Shown piece after piece: positions 61,822 to 64,000 of a stretch of 64,000 bases of DNA (the stretch's first letter is position 1; every line of letters starts with the position of its first letter). The stretch lies in NCBI GenBank assembly GCA_016748015.1, contig JAAOMT010000436.1, forward strand, positions 878,033 to 942,032, in the 5' to 3' direction. The stretch is from Geosiphon pyriformis uo1. Lineage: Eukaryota; Fungi; Glomeromycota. A program made the translations under genes and the position numbers. A model generated the notes under the pieces. The model saw only the letters and a list, made by a program, of their open reading frames with translations, was not told the DNA's origin and did not search any database.

Positions 61822-64000
61822 TCGTTCTCTTAAGCACTGGAAAATTGTTCTTATGAAGTACATTGAATAGACTGTATGCTAAAAAAATTCTGTCAGACAA
61901 CAACTTAAAAAAAATCTTATGGGCAGTCTCAATTAAAACAATTGGCCTAGTATTTGTTAAGACATCCTTCCACTCATAGAACTTGGGAATCATTGACACC
62001 CAAGCTTCTTTCCAACAATGGGGAATTGACTCACATACTAAACAAATGTTCAGAAGATTTAGAAGCAAGCCTAGCACAGAACCATTACAATGTTTTTAAA
62101 GTTCATTTGAAATGTCAGACAAGCCAGCAGCTTTACCATTTGGCAAATTCTTAATCACACATGTTAAGTCATCCAAACTAATAACATTCATCATGCCCAA
62201 AAAAGCATTATTATTAACATAATCCAATGGCAGATATTGATGCTGCCACAAATTGAGAACACTTCTTAGCATGGCTTTCTTCCTTGTCTAGCTCTCTATT
62301 ATACTATCAATCTTATTTTTACCTTCTACTGGGTCCAAAATCAAGCTGTCATCAGAGACCAAATGATCTAACACCACTTTGCAAAATGGGTGTTTCAAAA
62401 CACTACAGATTGTGTGGCCTTTGTTAACCACAAAACTCTTCATCCTTCTCTCAATAACTGATCTAATGCTTGACTCCTCGGCTTGCAAAGACTCGGCAAG
62501 CTTAGAGGCACAATAATACCTCCTCATGCCACAAAAAACAGAATGGACATGATTGAAACTTGCACCAGAACTCACAAGATCACAAACAACAGAAGCTTTG
62601 TCACTATCTATAGAAACCCAGCATTTTAATAGAGACTCAAACCTGCTGGAGTCTGCTTCGCAAGAAGTCTTAACAATTTTTGACACCAAAACCTCCAAGT
62701 TATGCAACTTGGAAGACTCTTTGGTAAACACCCCATCATAATTCTTAAATCATTTCTTTTTGAAAGCACCATTAGCTGAAAAAATCATCACTTTGCAAAC
62801 AGTATTCCATATAGCATCCAAATCAGAGAACTTCCTGGCAGTCTTAAATTCGTCCAAAAACATGGCAGCATTGGCTATAGTAGCATCTTTAAACTCACTT
62901 CATTTCGCTACATCCATACTTTTGACATCAAACTTCCAACAATCCTTATTTGCCTGCTTGCATATTGAACTTAAATGGACATCAAGCAAACCACCCAAAT
63001 CCACAGAAGCAGATACAGCTTTGTGGTCAGTATCAAAATATTTCTCAACATTGGCCACACTACCATTTGTCACAGTATTAACCAAACTCAAAGAAACGAG
63101 AATGTAGTTGAGAGCTTTAGCAACACCACAGAAATTGGTCCATGTAGGTGTCTTAACAAATAAACTTCCCCTCAGAAAATCAACTAAACCCAAATCAAAG
63201 TATTTTTTGAAGCTAGCACACTTTCGGGACTCATCTTCATTAAAGTCACCACCCAAAATAATGAAAGAGGACTTGTTTACTGTCTTTGCAATGAGAGAGT
63301 TGATTTTACCAACCTGAAAGAACCAAACCACTGACAATGTACCAGCATAGAGTCCCAAAATTGACACAGAAAGATTATTCTTGAAGAGTAATTTGAGAGA
63401 AAAAAGATAACCAGGAATCTCAAAAACCTTACATACATGTCTCGCCAAAGAAATGTTCATAATAATCACAACACCAAAATCCAAATGACCAGAGTCCAAA
63501 CCAGAGGTGAAAACCTGAACACCATTAAATTTATTCATGATTCATGAGTGGATCTTGCCCCTTAACTTAGTCTCAATAACAACAGAAATCAAATTGTTCA
63601 TTTTTTTATGCCAATATATTACATCATCCTGTTTTGTAAGATTATTCATACCCTTAACATTGCATGTGACAATCTTCCAAACTAGACTGGTCATTAAAAA
63701 AGAGATTTGGGAAATGCACTGCCAGCCAAAATTGAACCATCAAATCTCACTGTAAGACTTAGAACTAAGGCAGAAAGTTCTTCCAACATGCTTTTCAATC
63801 TTTTTACTTTAGTAGAAGCAGAAGAGTTCAAAGTCATAACAGTCTTACCACTAGTGGCCTTATCCAAACTCTCTCTCATTACTACATCGCCCACCTGATT
63901 CTGTGATAGGAGGGTCACCGGCAGCTGACATCTAGGGCTAGGCTGGAAAACTGCCGACATGAATGAATTCAACCTCTTAGCCAACTTATCAATTTGTCCT

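Larger units (their letters stand above)
48413..64000 (-). mobile_element. LINE C (5' part beyond window), interrupted by a solo LTR and by full-length gypsy B
   Basis: Poly-A seen as a T run at 48413-48425; ORF2 stop at 48551; RNase H ~50120-50900 (VYTDRSL, WYKVKGHSG); RT split at NFPVLKRT|TTQFSIF; APE 62900-63690; ORF1 C-terminus 63694-64000. Confidence 0.93.

Overview
This is AT-rich, intron-rich eukaryotic DNA, most likely from an early-diverging fungus (Glomeromycota-like; inferred from gene and TE style, not from a search). About 60% is decayed retrotransposon: three minus-strand LINEs (APE-RT-RNaseH-CCHC) carry nested plus-strand LTR insertions, namely two dUTPase-bearing Ty3/gypsy elements and two solo LTRs. 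A central island holds four spliced host genes: a WD40 protein, a PalB/calpain-7-type protease, RIX1 and THP3/LENG8. The most striking feature is a 5.2-kb DNA element (42941-48161) with perfect 34-bp terminal inverted repeats flanked by ATAT. It contains a spliced, fungal-style nuclease-like pseudogene fused tail-to-tail to an intronless ~543-codon frame that reads through only if TGA = Trp (19 in-frame TGA, 0 TGG, 2 TAA). That frame encodes a Cys-rich, tandem-HIT-like, coiled-coil protein and looks like Mollicutes-type (endobacterial) DNA captured inside a fungal transposon. Other observations: gypsy integrase apparently encoded as its own ORF, a conserved non-env ORF3, 4-bp LTR TSDs, TAATG ORF1/ORF2 coupling in the LINEs, a 4-nt microexon, a GC-AG intron, and an exact Tn5/Nextera mosaic-end sequence marking a probable assembly artefact. 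All translation and alignment was done by eye.
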